From Candidatus Omnitrophota bacterium (GTDB lineage: Bacteria; Omnitrophota; Gorgyraeia; Gygaellales; Profunditerraquicolaceae): DNA of 64,000 bases. The position numbers were made by a program, and so were the translations under genes. The notes under the pieces are model-generated. The model was not told where the DNA came from. It saw only the letters and a program-made list of their open reading frames with translations, and made no database searches. The DNA lies in assembly GCA_041653035.1 (NCBI GenBank), contig JBAZGE010000002.1, positions 17,451-81,450 on the forward strand, read 5' to 3'. This document shows, piece by piece, positions 50,326-59,633 of this stretch. Position 1 is the stretch's first letter. Each line of letters begins with the position of its first letter.

Positions 50326-50355
50326 CAAAGCGGTATCGGGTGCACCCTCGAAGCT

Positions 50356-50403
50356 GCACCGGGTACCGTTTACGATTTTTGTTCTTGTACCCGGTGCGTT
50401 TTT
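50356..50403 (+). terminator. Intrinsic terminator: perfect 11-bp stem GCACCGGGTAC / GTACCCGGTGC followed by GTTTTTA
   Basis: Read directly; 30 nt downstream of the DUF47 stop codon. Confidence 0.75.
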
Positions 50404-50563
50404 AAGGCAGTATCTATCTCCCATTTTTACCTTGACCGCGGCTTTCCTCCGGTATATAATTCTATATCTGGACGCTATTTACCCCATTAGAAATTGTTCC
50501 GCAGAGCTTCAGCAACAGGTGTTTCTAACGGGGTAAAGCTAATACCCCCGGAAAGGGATTTTT

Positions 50564-51280
50564 ATGCGTAAAAAGATAGTAAACTGGTTGAAGAAACAGG
50601 TTTGCACAAGCGGGGCAAAGGGTATTGTTTTGGGGTTGAGCGGGGGTATAGATTCAGCGGTAGTCTCCGCTTTGGCAAAAGAAGCTGTTGGGAAAAATAA
50701 AGTTTTGGCCCTGATCCTGCCCTGTTACAGCCAGGCGCAGGATAGGGAAGACGCATTGTTAGTTTCGCGTGGGCTTGGCATTACTACCAAAATCGTTGAT
50801 TTGAGTGCCATATACGATATTTTTATCAAAGGTATGCCTAAGGGCAGCGAGCTTGCTTTGGCTAATTTGAAGCCTCGCCTGCGCATGGTTACTTTGTATT
50901 ATTTTGCCAATACCTTGAATTATCTGGTTTGCGGCACAGGCAATAAATCAGAACTCTCAGTCGGCTATTTTACCAAATACGGAGACGGCGGAACCGATAT
51001 TTTGCCCATCGGGAACCTTTTAAAACGCGATGTCCGGCGTTTAGCCCGGGAATTGAAGATTCCGGAAAAAGTGATCACTAAACCTCCCACTGCCGGGTTA
51101 TGGGCGGGGCAGACCGATGAAGGGGAGATGGGGATAACCTATGAGGAATTAGACGGGATACTTGAACGCATGGAAATAAAGAAAAAACAGGTTTTTCCGC
51201 GGGCAAAGGTTGATAAAGTCGCGTGGATGATGAAACGCTCGAAGCATAAGCGTCAGGGTCCGGTAGTCTGTAAGATATAA
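50564..51280 (+). CDS. nadE: NH3-dependent NAD+ synthetase
   Basis: PP-loop GLSGGIDSAV, about 240-aa single-domain NadE. Confidence 0.85.
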   Translation: MRKKIVNWLKKQVCTSGAKGIVLGLSGGIDSAVVSALAKEAVGKNKVLALILPCYSQAQDREDALLVSRGLGITTKIVDLSAIYDIFIKGMPKGSELALANLKPRLRMVTLYYFANTLNYLVCGTGNKSELSVGYFTKYGDGGTDILPIGNLLKRDVRRLARELKIPEKVITKPPTAGLWAGQTDEGEMGITYEELDGILERMEIKKKQVFPRAKVDKVAWMMKRSKHKRQGPVVCKI

Positions 51281-51292
51281 CCGGAGATTGAA

Positions 51293-51412
51293 TGACAAAT
51301 GTCAAAATCAAAATCCCGAAATTAATCCAAATGTCAAATGCTAAAATTAAAAACGGAATAAACGTTTTGACATTTGATATTGGTGTTTTGAATTAATTTT
51401 GTCATTTGACAT
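51293..51412. promoter_or_regulatory. Array of four ATGTCAAA-core sites (two per orientation, about 32-37 bp apart) upstream of the Lrp/AsnC gene; likely autoregulatory operator
   Basis: gaCAAATGTCAAAAtc (51294), cCAAATGTCAAATgc (51328), ttTTGACATTTGAta (51364, reverse) and tTTTGTCATTTGACAtt (51397). The first site is the palindrome TGACAAATGTCA. Confidence 0.6.
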
Positions 51413-51430
51413 TATAACAGGGAGGGGTTT

Positions 51431-51916
51431 ATGGACGAGATACTCGAGATACTGGAAAAGAACGCACGCGTGCCCGTTGGAGATATCGCTAAGATGACCA
51501 GAAAAAAAACAGACGCCGTGAAAAAGGCGATCGCGAAGTATGAGAAGGATGGTATAATAGTGGGGTACAAAACGGTCATCAATAAAGAATTGGTCAAAGA
51601 CGATAACGCCGCGGTGCGGGCCCTTATCGAGGTGAACATCGCCCCGCAGAAAGACGTCGGTTTCGAAAAGATCGCCGAGCGTATTTATTCATTCCACGAA
51701 GTCTCCAGTTGTTATCTGGTTTCCGGGACATTCGACCTGCTTCTGATCGTGGAAGGCCGGGATATGCATACCGCCGCCCAGTTCGTGGCCGAAAAGCTCT
51801 CGCCTCTTGAAGGCGTCAAAGGCACGGTCACCCATTTTTTGCTTCGGAAATACAAGGAGAACGGCATAGTGCTGAAACACAAAGAAGAGAATAAACGGAT
51901 CGCAATCTCATATTAA
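51431..51916 (+). CDS. Lrp/AsnC-family transcriptional regulator
   Basis: HTH (ARVPVGDIAKMTRKKTDAVKKAIAKYEKDGII) plus RAM domain (AVRALIEVNIAP...VTHFLL). Confidence 0.9.
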   Translation: MDEILEILEKNARVPVGDIAKMTRKKTDAVKKAIAKYEKDGIIVGYKTVINKELVKDDNAAVRALIEVNIAPQKDVGFEKIAERIYSFHEVSSCYLVSGTFDLLLIVEGRDMHTAAQFVAEKLSPLEGVKGTVTHFLLRKYKENGIVLKHKEENKRIAISY

Positions 51917-51917
51917 C

Positions 51918-53096
51918 GTGGACATCTCCATTTCAAAATGCGTTGACAAAATGAAACCCTCCGGCATCCGGGCTTTTTTCGACCTGGTGCTGGGAATGGA
52001 AGACGTGATCTCTCTCGGCGTGGGCGAACCTGATTTCGTGACCCCCTGGCAGGTGCGTGAAGCAGGGATTTATTCCCTTGAACAGGGATTTACCTCCTAC
52101 ACTTCCAATAAGGGGCTGTATAAATTACGCCTGGTCCTCCAGCGTTTCTTGAAGAAGACGTACGGCCTCGACTATGATCCCCATGAGGAGATGCTTATCA
52201 CCGTCGGCGTGAGCGAGGGCGTGGACTTGGCCTTGCGCGCGATCTTGAACCCGGGCGATAAAGTTCTGATCCCGATGCCCTGCTATGTTTCATACGGCCC
52301 GGTCACCGAACTGGCCGGCGGGATCCCGGTGTACATCGATACCCGAAAAGACCATTTTCGCCTTACTCCCCAGGCGCTCGAGAAAGCGGTGGACAAAGAT
52401 ACTAAAGCCCTGCTGTTCAACTACCCGGTGAACCCCACCGGAGTTTCCTATACCCGGAAAGAACTGGACGTCATCAAAAAAGTAGCCCTCAAACATAAAT
52501 TGCTGTGTATCACCGATGAGGTTTACGGGGCATTGACCTACGACTTTGACCATATCCCGTTCGCGACCTTGAGCGGCGCCAAAGAAAAAACGCTTTACCT
52601 TGACGGTTTTTCCAAAAGCTACGCTATGACCGGCTGGCGCATCGGTTTTGCCTGCGGCCCCAAAGAGATCATCGCGGCCATGACCAAGATCCACCAGTAC
52701 ACCATCATGTGTGTTTCCATCACCAGCCAGATGGCCGCCTGCGAAGCGTTACAGGCCGGCAGTGATTCCGTTAATGAGATGAAACGCGAATACCGCCGCC
52801 GCCGCGAACTGATCGTCGACGGCCTGAACCGCATCGGCCTGGAATGCCGGAAGCCGCAGGGCGCGTTCTACGCGTTCCCGTCCATACGCTCTACCGGCAT
52901 GTGTTCGCTGGATTTCTGCAAGAAACTCCTGCAGGAACAAAAAGTGGCGATCGTGCCCGGCACCGCGTTCGGCGACGAACTGGTTGACCGCGTGCGCATA
53001 TCCTACGCCTCCAGCTATGAAGACCTCAAAGAAGCGCTGGCGCGCATGGAATTGTTTCTTAAAACCAAAACACCGGGAGGAAGACGTGGCAAATAA
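51918..53096 (+). CDS. PLP-dependent class I/II aminotransferase (aspartate-aminotransferase family)
   Basis: GEPDF, NP.NPTG, and the lysine region SFSKSYAMTGWRIG. Confidence 0.85.
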   Translation: MDISISKCVDKMKPSGIRAFFDLVLGMEDVISLGVGEPDFVTPWQVREAGIYSLEQGFTSYTSNKGLYKLRLVLQRFLKKTYGLDYDPHEEMLITVGVSEGVDLALRAILNPGDKVLIPMPCYVSYGPVTELAGGIPVYIDTRKDHFRLTPQALEKAVDKDTKALLFNYPVNPTGVSYTRKELDVIKKVALKHKLLCITDEVYGALTYDFDHIPFATLSGAKEKTLYLDGFSKSYAMTGWRIGFACGPKEIIAAMTKIHQYTIMCVSITSQMAACEALQAGSDSVNEMKREYRRRRELIVDGLNRIGLECRKPQGAFYAFPSIRSTGMCSLDFCKKLLQEQKVAIVPGTAFGDELVDRVRISYASSYEDLKEALARMELFLKTKTPGGRRGK

Positions 53097-54417
53097 AACA
53101 AAATCGGAAATTTTAAAACTGGTAAAAGAACACAAGATTAAGTTCGTGCGCCTGTGGTTCACCGACGTACTCGGGTTCCTGAAAGGGTTCGCCATAACCG
53201 TGGATGAGCTTGAAGGCGCCCTTGAAGAGGGCATGGGCTTTGACGGTTCCTCGATAGAAGGTTTTGCGCGCATCGAAGAGTCGGATATGATCGCCCGTCC
53301 TGATCCCGGTACGTTCGCGATCATCCCCTGGCGCTCAGGCGATGAACATGCTGTCGGCCGTATGTTTTGCGATATTTACGAACCAAGCGGCAAGCCCTTT
53401 GAAGGCGATCCGCGCAACGTCCTGAAACGCAACCTGGCTAAGATCAAAGAAAAAGGGTTTACTTTTAACGTCGGCCCGGAATTGGAATATTTCTACTTTA
53501 AAGATTCTCAGGTTCCCCAGCCGCTGGACCAGGGAGGATATTTTGACTTGGTTCCCCTTGATGTCGCGCAGGACCTGCGCCGGGACACCATCCTGACACT
53601 CCAGGCTTTAGGCATTCCCGTGGAATACAGTCACCATGAAGTCGCGGCCAGCCAGCATGAGATCGATCTGCGCTATAACGACGCGCTTACCATGGCCGAT
53701 AACGTGATGACCTACCGCCTGGTTGTAAAAGAGATTGCCCGCCGGCACGGCGTGTACGCTACCTTCATGCCGAAACCCATTTTCGGCATTAACGGTTCGG
53801 GCATGCACGTGCACCAGTCGTTATTCAAAGGCGGCAAGAACGCCTTTTATGATAAGAACGATAAGTATCATATCTCACCGATGTGCAAGGCCTATACCGC
53901 CGGCCTGATAAAACACGCACGGGAGATATCGTCGGTTACCAGTCAGTGGGTGAATTCATATAAGCGCCTTGTTCCCGGATATGAAGCTCCGGTGTACATC
54001 TGCTGGGCGCAGATGAACCGTTCCGCGCTCATTCGTATTCCGATGTACAAACCGGGAAAAGAAAAAGCCACGCGCATTGAATACCGTTCTCCGGATCCGG
54101 CATGCAACCCGTACCTGGCTTTTTCGGTGATGCTTGCCGCGGGCCTGGAAGGTATCAAGAAAAATTACCGCTTGCCTGAGCCGGCGAACGACAATATCTA
54201 CCACATGGCGGAAGAAGAGCGCAAGAGCGCGGGCATTTATTCCCTGCCTGAGGATCTGCTGGAGGCCATTCGTTTGACCGAAGAGAGCGAACTGGTGAAA
54301 GAGTCCCTGGGCAAGACCCTTTTCGAATATTTCATCCGTAACAAAAAGATGGAATGGGATGAATACAAAGCGCAGGTGACCCAGTACGAAGTGGATAAAT
54401 ATTTGCCGATTCTGTGA
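53086..54417 (+). CDS. glnA: Glutamine synthetase type I
   Basis: GTG at 53086 preceded by GGAGG. GS-I motifs (FDGSSIEGF..., KPIFGINGSGMHVHQS, NSYKRLVPGYEAP). The long listed ORF start (52984) overlaps the aminotransferase and is rejected. Confidence 0.9.
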   Translation: MANKTKSEILKLVKEHKIKFVRLWFTDVLGFLKGFAITVDELEGALEEGMGFDGSSIEGFARIEESDMIARPDPGTFAIIPWRSGDEHAVGRMFCDIYEPSGKPFEGDPRNVLKRNLAKIKEKGFTFNVGPELEYFYFKDSQVPQPLDQGGYFDLVPLDVAQDLRRDTILTLQALGIPVEYSHHEVAASQHEIDLRYNDALTMADNVMTYRLVVKEIARRHGVYATFMPKPIFGINGSGMHVHQSLFKGGKNAFYDKNDKYHISPMCKAYTAGLIKHAREISSVTSQWVNSYKRLVPGYEAPVYICWAQMNRSALIRIPMYKPGKEKATRIEYRSPDPACNPYLAFSVMLAAGLEGIKKNYRLPEPANDNIYHMAEEERKSAGIYSLPEDLLEAIRLTEESELVKESLGKTLFEYFIRNKKMEWDEYKAQVTQYEVDKYLPIL

Positions 54418-54447
54418 TAAGATACGCCGCATCATCTTGTTGATATT

Positions 54448-55167
54448 ATGAGATCAAAAAAAAATTACGAGATCTACCTCAAACAAATTGACGCTCTATC
54501 CAAGGTCGCCAGCCTGATCACCTCCGGGATGTACCTCGACGAGCTTTTGCGTCTTATCGTCCAGGTCACCGCCGAAATCATGAACTCCAAGATTTGTTCC
54601 CTCTTGCTGGTCGATCTCGAAACACAGGAACTGATGGTCAGGGCCACTCAATCCATCTCTGAAGCCTATAATAAAAAGCCCAACGTTAAAAAAGGGGAGG
54701 GGATAGCGGGATTGGTGGCAAAAGAAAATAAGATTATCTGTGTGCTGGATGTGCGTAAAGACTCCCGGTACCTGAATCGGGATATCGCAGAAAAAGAAGG
54801 GATCGTTTCCCTTGCCAGCGTCCCCCTGGCCGTGAAAAAACGGGTGATCGGGGTGCTGAACTGTTACACTTCCGCCAAGCATAAATTTAGCGCGCCGGAA
54901 CTGGCGGTGCTTACTACTCTTGCCGGCCAGGCGGCAGTGGCCATTGAGAACGCGGAACTTGATTTGCGCGCGCGCAGCGCGGAAGAAGCGCTGGCCACGC
55001 GCAAAGTCATAGAACGCGCCAAGGAGATCCTCTCTCTGGATGCCAATGTTCTGCCTTCAGAAGCATACCGGCTTATCCAGCGGCAAAGCATGGACAGCCG
55101 TAAATCGATGCGGGAAGTCGCTGAAGCGATCATTCTTGCCAGGGATATCAGGAACAAAAAACAATGA
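54448..55167 (+). CDS. GAF-ANTAR RNA-binding regulator
   Basis: N-terminal GAF domain. C-terminal ANTAR helices (ALATRKVIERAKEIL..........EAYRLIQRQSMDSRKSMREVAEAII). Confidence 0.75.
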   Translation: MRSKKNYEIYLKQIDALSKVASLITSGMYLDELLRLIVQVTAEIMNSKICSLLLVDLETQELMVRATQSISEAYNKKPNVKKGEGIAGLVAKENKIICVLDVRKDSRYLNRDIAEKEGIVSLASVPLAVKKRVIGVLNCYTSAKHKFSAPELAVLTTLAGQAAVAIENAELDLRARSAEEALATRKVIERAKEILSLDANVLPSEAYRLIQRQSMDSRKSMREVAEAIILARDIRNKKQ

Positions 55168-56516
55168 ATGAGTCTTTCCATATCGATATCGCCGCCGCGG
55201 ATAAATTAGGTATAGGTATTTTCCGTTACGCCCTTAGCCCCGCGCAGAAATTCATCTCCGTGAATTCCGTGCTTACCCGGCTGCTTGAATATCCCTCCGT
55301 GGAAGAGTTTCTTAAGGTGACAATGGATTCCATATTTTTTAACCTCGACGAAAAAGAGGTATTCCTGAAAAAACTGCGCGAACAGGGAAATATTACTTCA
55401 TATGAAACCCTCTTCCGCACTTTTCCCGACCGCAGGGCCTGGGTGGCTATTAAAGCGCGTTACACCCGCGTGAAAGATACCGGCGTGGAATATCTCGACG
55501 GTATCATCGAGGATATCTCATCGCGCAAGATACTCGAAGAACAGCTTTCTCTGGAAAAAGACTTTTTTCAGAGCCTCCTGGACAATATGCCGGACGCCAT
55601 ATATTTTAAAGACAGCGCCAACCGGCTCATCAAAGTGAATAAATTCTACGCCCAGGGAGCCCGCCGTCCCGCCGAAGAGATCATCGGTAAGACCGACTTC
55701 GATTTTTTTTCCAGGGAACAGGCTGAGAAGATGTTTGCCGACGACAATTACATCTTGAAGACCGGCCGGGCCATTGTGGGGAAAATAGAACGCACTTTGC
55801 TTATCGACGGAAGCTGGAATCAGGTTATCACCACTAAGATCCCCATGTACGACCGCACCGGCGAGATTATCGGTACCATGGGCATTACCCGCGACATGAC
55901 CGCGTACGCCAACCTGGAAAAAGAACGCTTGAGCATGATGTTGAGCACGCTGGCGGTGCTGGGTAAGGCCCTTGAAATGCGCGACCCCTATACCTTCAGC
56001 CATGTGCGCCACGTAGCCGGTATCGCCGAGCGTATCTGTAAAGAACTGGGCTGGGACGAGAACCGCCTCCTGGGTATGAAACTCGCCGGAGAACTGCATG
56101 ATCTGGGCAAGATCAGTATCCCGTTGGATATTCTGAATAAACCGGGCAAGTTGAGCGACCTCGAATATTCGCTGGTGCAGGAACACGTGGTCAAATGCTA
56201 CAACCTTATTAAAGATATTGAATTTCCTTTTTCTCTCGCCGAGATCGTATATCAGCATCACGAACGCCTGGATGGTTCCGGTTATCCCCGTCAACTGAAA
56301 GGCGAAGAGATCCTTCCCGAGGCGAGGATCATCGCCGTCAGCGATGTTTTGGAATCCATGACGTGCTATCGTCCGTACCGGGAGGCGCTGGGCGTGGAAA
56401 AAGCCATGGAAGAACTCAACGGCGGCTGCGGCTCCAAATACGATTCTTATATCGTAGGCATCGTGCGCGGCCTGGTCGAACAGAACAACGGCAAAGCCTT
56501 CTGGGAAAACAACTAG
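55164..56516 (+). CDS. PAS-domain HD-GYP c-di-GMP phosphodiesterase
   Basis: PAS region followed by HD...HDLGKISIP...HHERLDGSGYP. Confidence 0.85.
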   Translation: MNESFHIDIAAADKLGIGIFRYALSPAQKFISVNSVLTRLLEYPSVEEFLKVTMDSIFFNLDEKEVFLKKLREQGNITSYETLFRTFPDRRAWVAIKARYTRVKDTGVEYLDGIIEDISSRKILEEQLSLEKDFFQSLLDNMPDAIYFKDSANRLIKVNKFYAQGARRPAEEIIGKTDFDFFSREQAEKMFADDNYILKTGRAIVGKIERTLLIDGSWNQVITTKIPMYDRTGEIIGTMGITRDMTAYANLEKERLSMMLSTLAVLGKALEMRDPYTFSHVRHVAGIAERICKELGWDENRLLGMKLAGELHDLGKISIPLDILNKPGKLSDLEYSLVQEHVVKCYNLIKDIEFPFSLAEIVYQHHERLDGSGYPRQLKGEEILPEARIIAVSDVLESMTCYRPYREALGVEKAMEELNGGCGSKYDSYIVGIVRGLVEQNNGKAFWENN

Positions 56517-56535
56517 GCGTCCGGCCGGCAGATGA

Positions 56536-57231
56536 GTGATTTTCCGTCCGCGGCGTGAAAGGCGCATAATGCTTGTTCAACAGAGATGTTTTACTCTTGG
56601 CCATTCTACCCACACGAATGATTATCTGGCGGGTTTATTGAAGCTTCATGGCATCGAGTTGCTGATTGATATTCGAAGCGTCCCGTATAGCCGGTATAAT
56701 CCCCAATATAACAGAGAAAATATCAAGGTGTTCTCGGGGCAGAACGGTATCGCGTATGTTTTCATGGGAGCATCGTTAGGGGCGCGGTATCAAAACCGGG
56801 AATTATATTTTTCAGACAGGGAAACAGCCGATTTCAAAAAAGTCAGGGAGACGGCGGTTTTTAAACGGGGCATCGAGAAGGTCGTAAACGGAATACGGAA
56901 GGGGCAAAAGATCTGCCTTCTATGTTCTGAAAAAGACCCTTTTGATTGCCACCGGTTTGTTCTGGTTTCATATGCCTTGGTAAAAAAGGGGATCGATGTC
57001 CGGCACATCCTTGAGAAAGGCGAACTTATATCGAATGACATCCTGGAAGAACGGCTGCTTCAAAAATACAAGATTGAATATGGCCGGCTTACTCTTTTTG
57101 GCCGGCCCGTATCTAAAGAAGAAGCGATCGATGAAGCGTATGAAAGAAGGAACCGGGATATCGGCCGCGAAAAAATAGAAACGGCGATCAATGCCCCTCG
57201 AGAGGCTTTGGATGCAAAAGTCCTCACATAA
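56536..57231 (+). CDS. DUF488-family protein
   Basis: TLGHS...LIDIRSVPYS... and CSEKDPFDCHRFVL motif. The likely true start is 56569 (MLVQQRCFTLGHS). Confidence 0.55.
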   Translation: MIFRPRRERRIMLVQQRCFTLGHSTHTNDYLAGLLKLHGIELLIDIRSVPYSRYNPQYNRENIKVFSGQNGIAYVFMGASLGARYQNRELYFSDRETADFKKVRETAVFKRGIEKVVNGIRKGQKICLLCSEKDPFDCHRFVLVSYALVKKGIDVRHILEKGELISNDILEERLLQKYKIEYGRLTLFGRPVSKEEAIDEAYERRNRDIGREKIETAINAPREALDAKVLT

Positions 57232-57337
57232 ATCCCGATCCAAGACCGGTTCCCTCTTCGGTTCCCGTTATTCAACCGCTGCTCCCGCGAGTATAAAAAA
57301 CGCGATTTCTTTCGGCTTGGCCGGCAGATTTTAGATT

Positions 57338-58744
57338 ATGCTTAAAGAATATACCAAAGTATTCAGAAAGCTTCTTGTTTTTGCCGATGTCTGCGTTATC
57401 TCGTCGGCTTTTTATTGTGCCTGCCGCATCGGGCTCAGGCTTAACCTCCTCAGAGGCGGCGAGCCGGCATTGCAGTTTCTCGGCGGGACGCTGGTCATAT
57501 GGCTGAGTTCCCTGTACGTGTTCGGCATGTACAATTCTTTCCGCATAAAACCATTCAAGGAGATTGTCTTAGTTATTTTTCAGGCGGCGGTGATCGGGTT
57601 TGTGGTGCCGGTAAGCGTGAGTTATATATTTAAACCGCATACTTTCAGCCGGGATTTTATCGTTTTGACCGTTGCTTTCATCACTCTGTTTCTGTTCGCG
57701 GAAAAAGCCGTGCTTGTTTTTATCTTCCGTTACATCCGCAGGCAGGGCCTTAATTATCGCAGGGTGCTCATCGTGGGCACTAACAAACGGGCGCAGAGTT
57801 TCGTGGAATTAATCGAGGGCCACAGCGAATGGGGTTTCCGCGTTTTGGGGTTTATAGACGAAGACAGGTCAAGAACCGGCCGGGATGTCGGTAAATATAA
57901 AGTGCTGGGGGGGTTTGACGATGTCCCCGATGTCATCCACGAAAAAGTAGTTGACCATGTTGTTTTTGTGGTGCCGAGGGTATGGTTCGACAAGATCGTC
58001 GGCCTGATCACTTTTTGCGAGACTGAAGGCATACCGGTGAGTTTGGCGGTGGATATGTACGACCTGAAAATCTCCCGTGCTAAGCAGACCGATCTGTACG
58101 GGTTTCCTTTGTTGACTTTCGAGAGCACTCCGGATAAATTATGGCATTTACTGGTCAAACGGGTCATGGACATAGTTTTATCCGGGGTGTTCCTGCTGGT
58201 ACTGGCGCCGTTTTTCGCGGTGATAGCCGTCCTGATAAAGCGCGGCTCGCCCGGTCCGGCCTTTTTTAACCAGGAGCGCTGCGGTTTGAACGGCAGGAAA
58301 TTCATCATGTACAAGTTTCGTACCATGGTTCAGGGCGCGGAAACCAGGCTGGAAGAACTGCGGGCCGGAAATGAAATGACCGGCCCTGCGTTTAAGATGA
58401 GCAATGACCCCCGGGTGACCGGAATCGGCAGGTTCCTGCGTAAATTCAGCGTGGATGAATTCCCGCAGTTATGGAATGTTTTTAAGGGCGATATGAGCCT
58501 GGTCGGCCCGCGCCCTCCCCTGCCGTCGGAAGTGGTTAAATACGACAACTGGCAGAGGCGGCGCCTGAGTATGAAGCCCGGCTTGACCTGTTTGTGGCAG
58601 ATACGCGGCAGGAACGCCATAACCGATTTTGACGGATGGATGAGGCTTGACCTTGAATATATAGATCGCTGGTCGCTCCTGCTTGATTTCCGGATTATCT
58701 TAAAAACCATCCCGGTAGTACTTCTGGGCCGGGGAGCTAAATAA
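57338..58744 (+). CDS. Undecaprenyl-phosphate sugar phosphotransferase (WbaP/WcaJ-like bacterial sugar transferase)
   Basis: Multi-TM N-terminus and C-terminal catalytic domain RPLLPSE...LSMKPGLTCLWQIRGRN. Confidence 0.85.
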   Translation: MLKEYTKVFRKLLVFADVCVISSAFYCACRIGLRLNLLRGGEPALQFLGGTLVIWLSSLYVFGMYNSFRIKPFKEIVLVIFQAAVIGFVVPVSVSYIFKPHTFSRDFIVLTVAFITLFLFAEKAVLVFIFRYIRRQGLNYRRVLIVGTNKRAQSFVELIEGHSEWGFRVLGFIDEDRSRTGRDVGKYKVLGGFDDVPDVIHEKVVDHVVFVVPRVWFDKIVGLITFCETEGIPVSLAVDMYDLKISRAKQTDLYGFPLLTFESTPDKLWHLLVKRVMDIVLSGVFLLVLAPFFAVIAVLIKRGSPGPAFFNQERCGLNGRKFIMYKFRTMVQGAETRLEELRAGNEMTGPAFKMSNDPRVTGIGRFLRKFSVDEFPQLWNVFKGDMSLVGPRPPLPSEVVKYDNWQRRRLSMKPGLTCLWQIRGRNAITDFDGWMRLDLEYIDRWSLLLDFRIILKTIPVVLLGRGAK

Positions 58745-58948
58745 TACCTCATCGCCCTTGCGGGGCGCCTTTCGGATGAACAGACGCAACAACGTCCGGT
58801 TCGTTTACAGCTTCGTATTCTTATGGAAAAAATTATATTCTTTCTTTTTGGAAACGAAATTCGTGAGGGAAAACAGGGAGAATATAAAGATCATTCCTCA
58901 GTTTGATATCGGTAAATACATTTTAGTGTATTCCGAACGGATTCCGGA

Positions 58949-58975
58949 AATTCGCCACATTGGATGTGGCGAATT
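58949..58975. repeat. Perfect 11-bp inverted repeat AATTCGCCACA-ttgga-TGTGGCGAATT in the AT-rich junction
   Basis: Read directly. Confidence 0.85.
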
Positions 58976-59421
58976 GAAAGAAACTCCAAAACACCACATT
59001 AAATACTTCATAACAAACAAGTTACAAATTAATTATTTCTCCTTAGGCCGTCGATAATCTCTTTATATTTCAGCGCAAACTTCGTTTTTCTTACGTTTCT
59101 ATTTCAATTCACAAACTTAATATTTATATTGCAACATATATATTTCCAGTGGCTTATCGAGTTTTCCATTTCTTTCGACTACAAGTCGAAGCTGGATCCG
59201 GAGCGCAACACCGATTGGCATATCGGAGGTAAGCAGAAGTTTGTCACGGAGTTGGTGATCATCTACTTCAACGCTCGTTAATAATATAAGTATTAAAAAA
59301 GAAACCTTCGCTGGTCAGCATGGCTGGCGGAGGTTTTTTGCTTTACTGGGAGAAATTTTTTATTGTTATCTCAAATCGTTGTGGTAAAATATGGGTTAAA
59401 ATGTAACAGGGGGAATTTTCC

Positions 59422-59625
59422 ATGAAAGAGCTCGTTAAAGCATTTAACGCAGAAGAGATAGCGGAATATCTTCGCCTGCATCCATATACAATACGCCGTC
59501 TAGCCAGAGAAGGGAAAATACCGGCTTTTCGCGCCGGCGGCCGGTGGCGTTTTCGTAAGGATGATATTGACCAGTGGTCGAAGTCGTATCCGTTTGCGCA
59601 TGGCAATAAGAAAACGAAGGGGTAA
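59422..59625 (+). CDS. Excisionase/MerR-type HTH (HTH_17-like) small DNA-binding protein
   Basis: EEIAEYLRLHPYTIRRLAREGKIPAFRAGGRWRFRKDDIDQW is the typical excisionase-family HTH. Stop lies 8 nt before the helicase start. Confidence 0.7.
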   Translation: MKELVKAFNAEEIAEYLRLHPYTIRRLAREGKIPAFRAGGRWRFRKDDIDQWSKSYPFAHGNKKTKG

Positions 59626-59633
59626 CGGCATAA

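Noticed and set aside
52984-53085. Long upstream extension of the glnA ORF overlapping the aminotransferase by 110 nt
   Set aside because: The GTG at 53086 has a consensus GGAGG at ideal spacing and gives a GS-I of typical length (443 aa). The extension encodes no GS-like sequence.
55518-56567. 349-aa minus-strand ORF antisense to the PAS/HD-GYP gene
   Set aside because: Antisense to a strongly supported HD-GYP gene, with low-complexity composition.
58758-59057. 99-aa ORF in the AT-rich junction
   Set aside because: Low-complexity, Lys/Phe/Ile-rich translation of AT-rich DNA with no Shine-Dalgarno. It is more likely non-coding; the region is treated as a junction or regulatory sequence instead.
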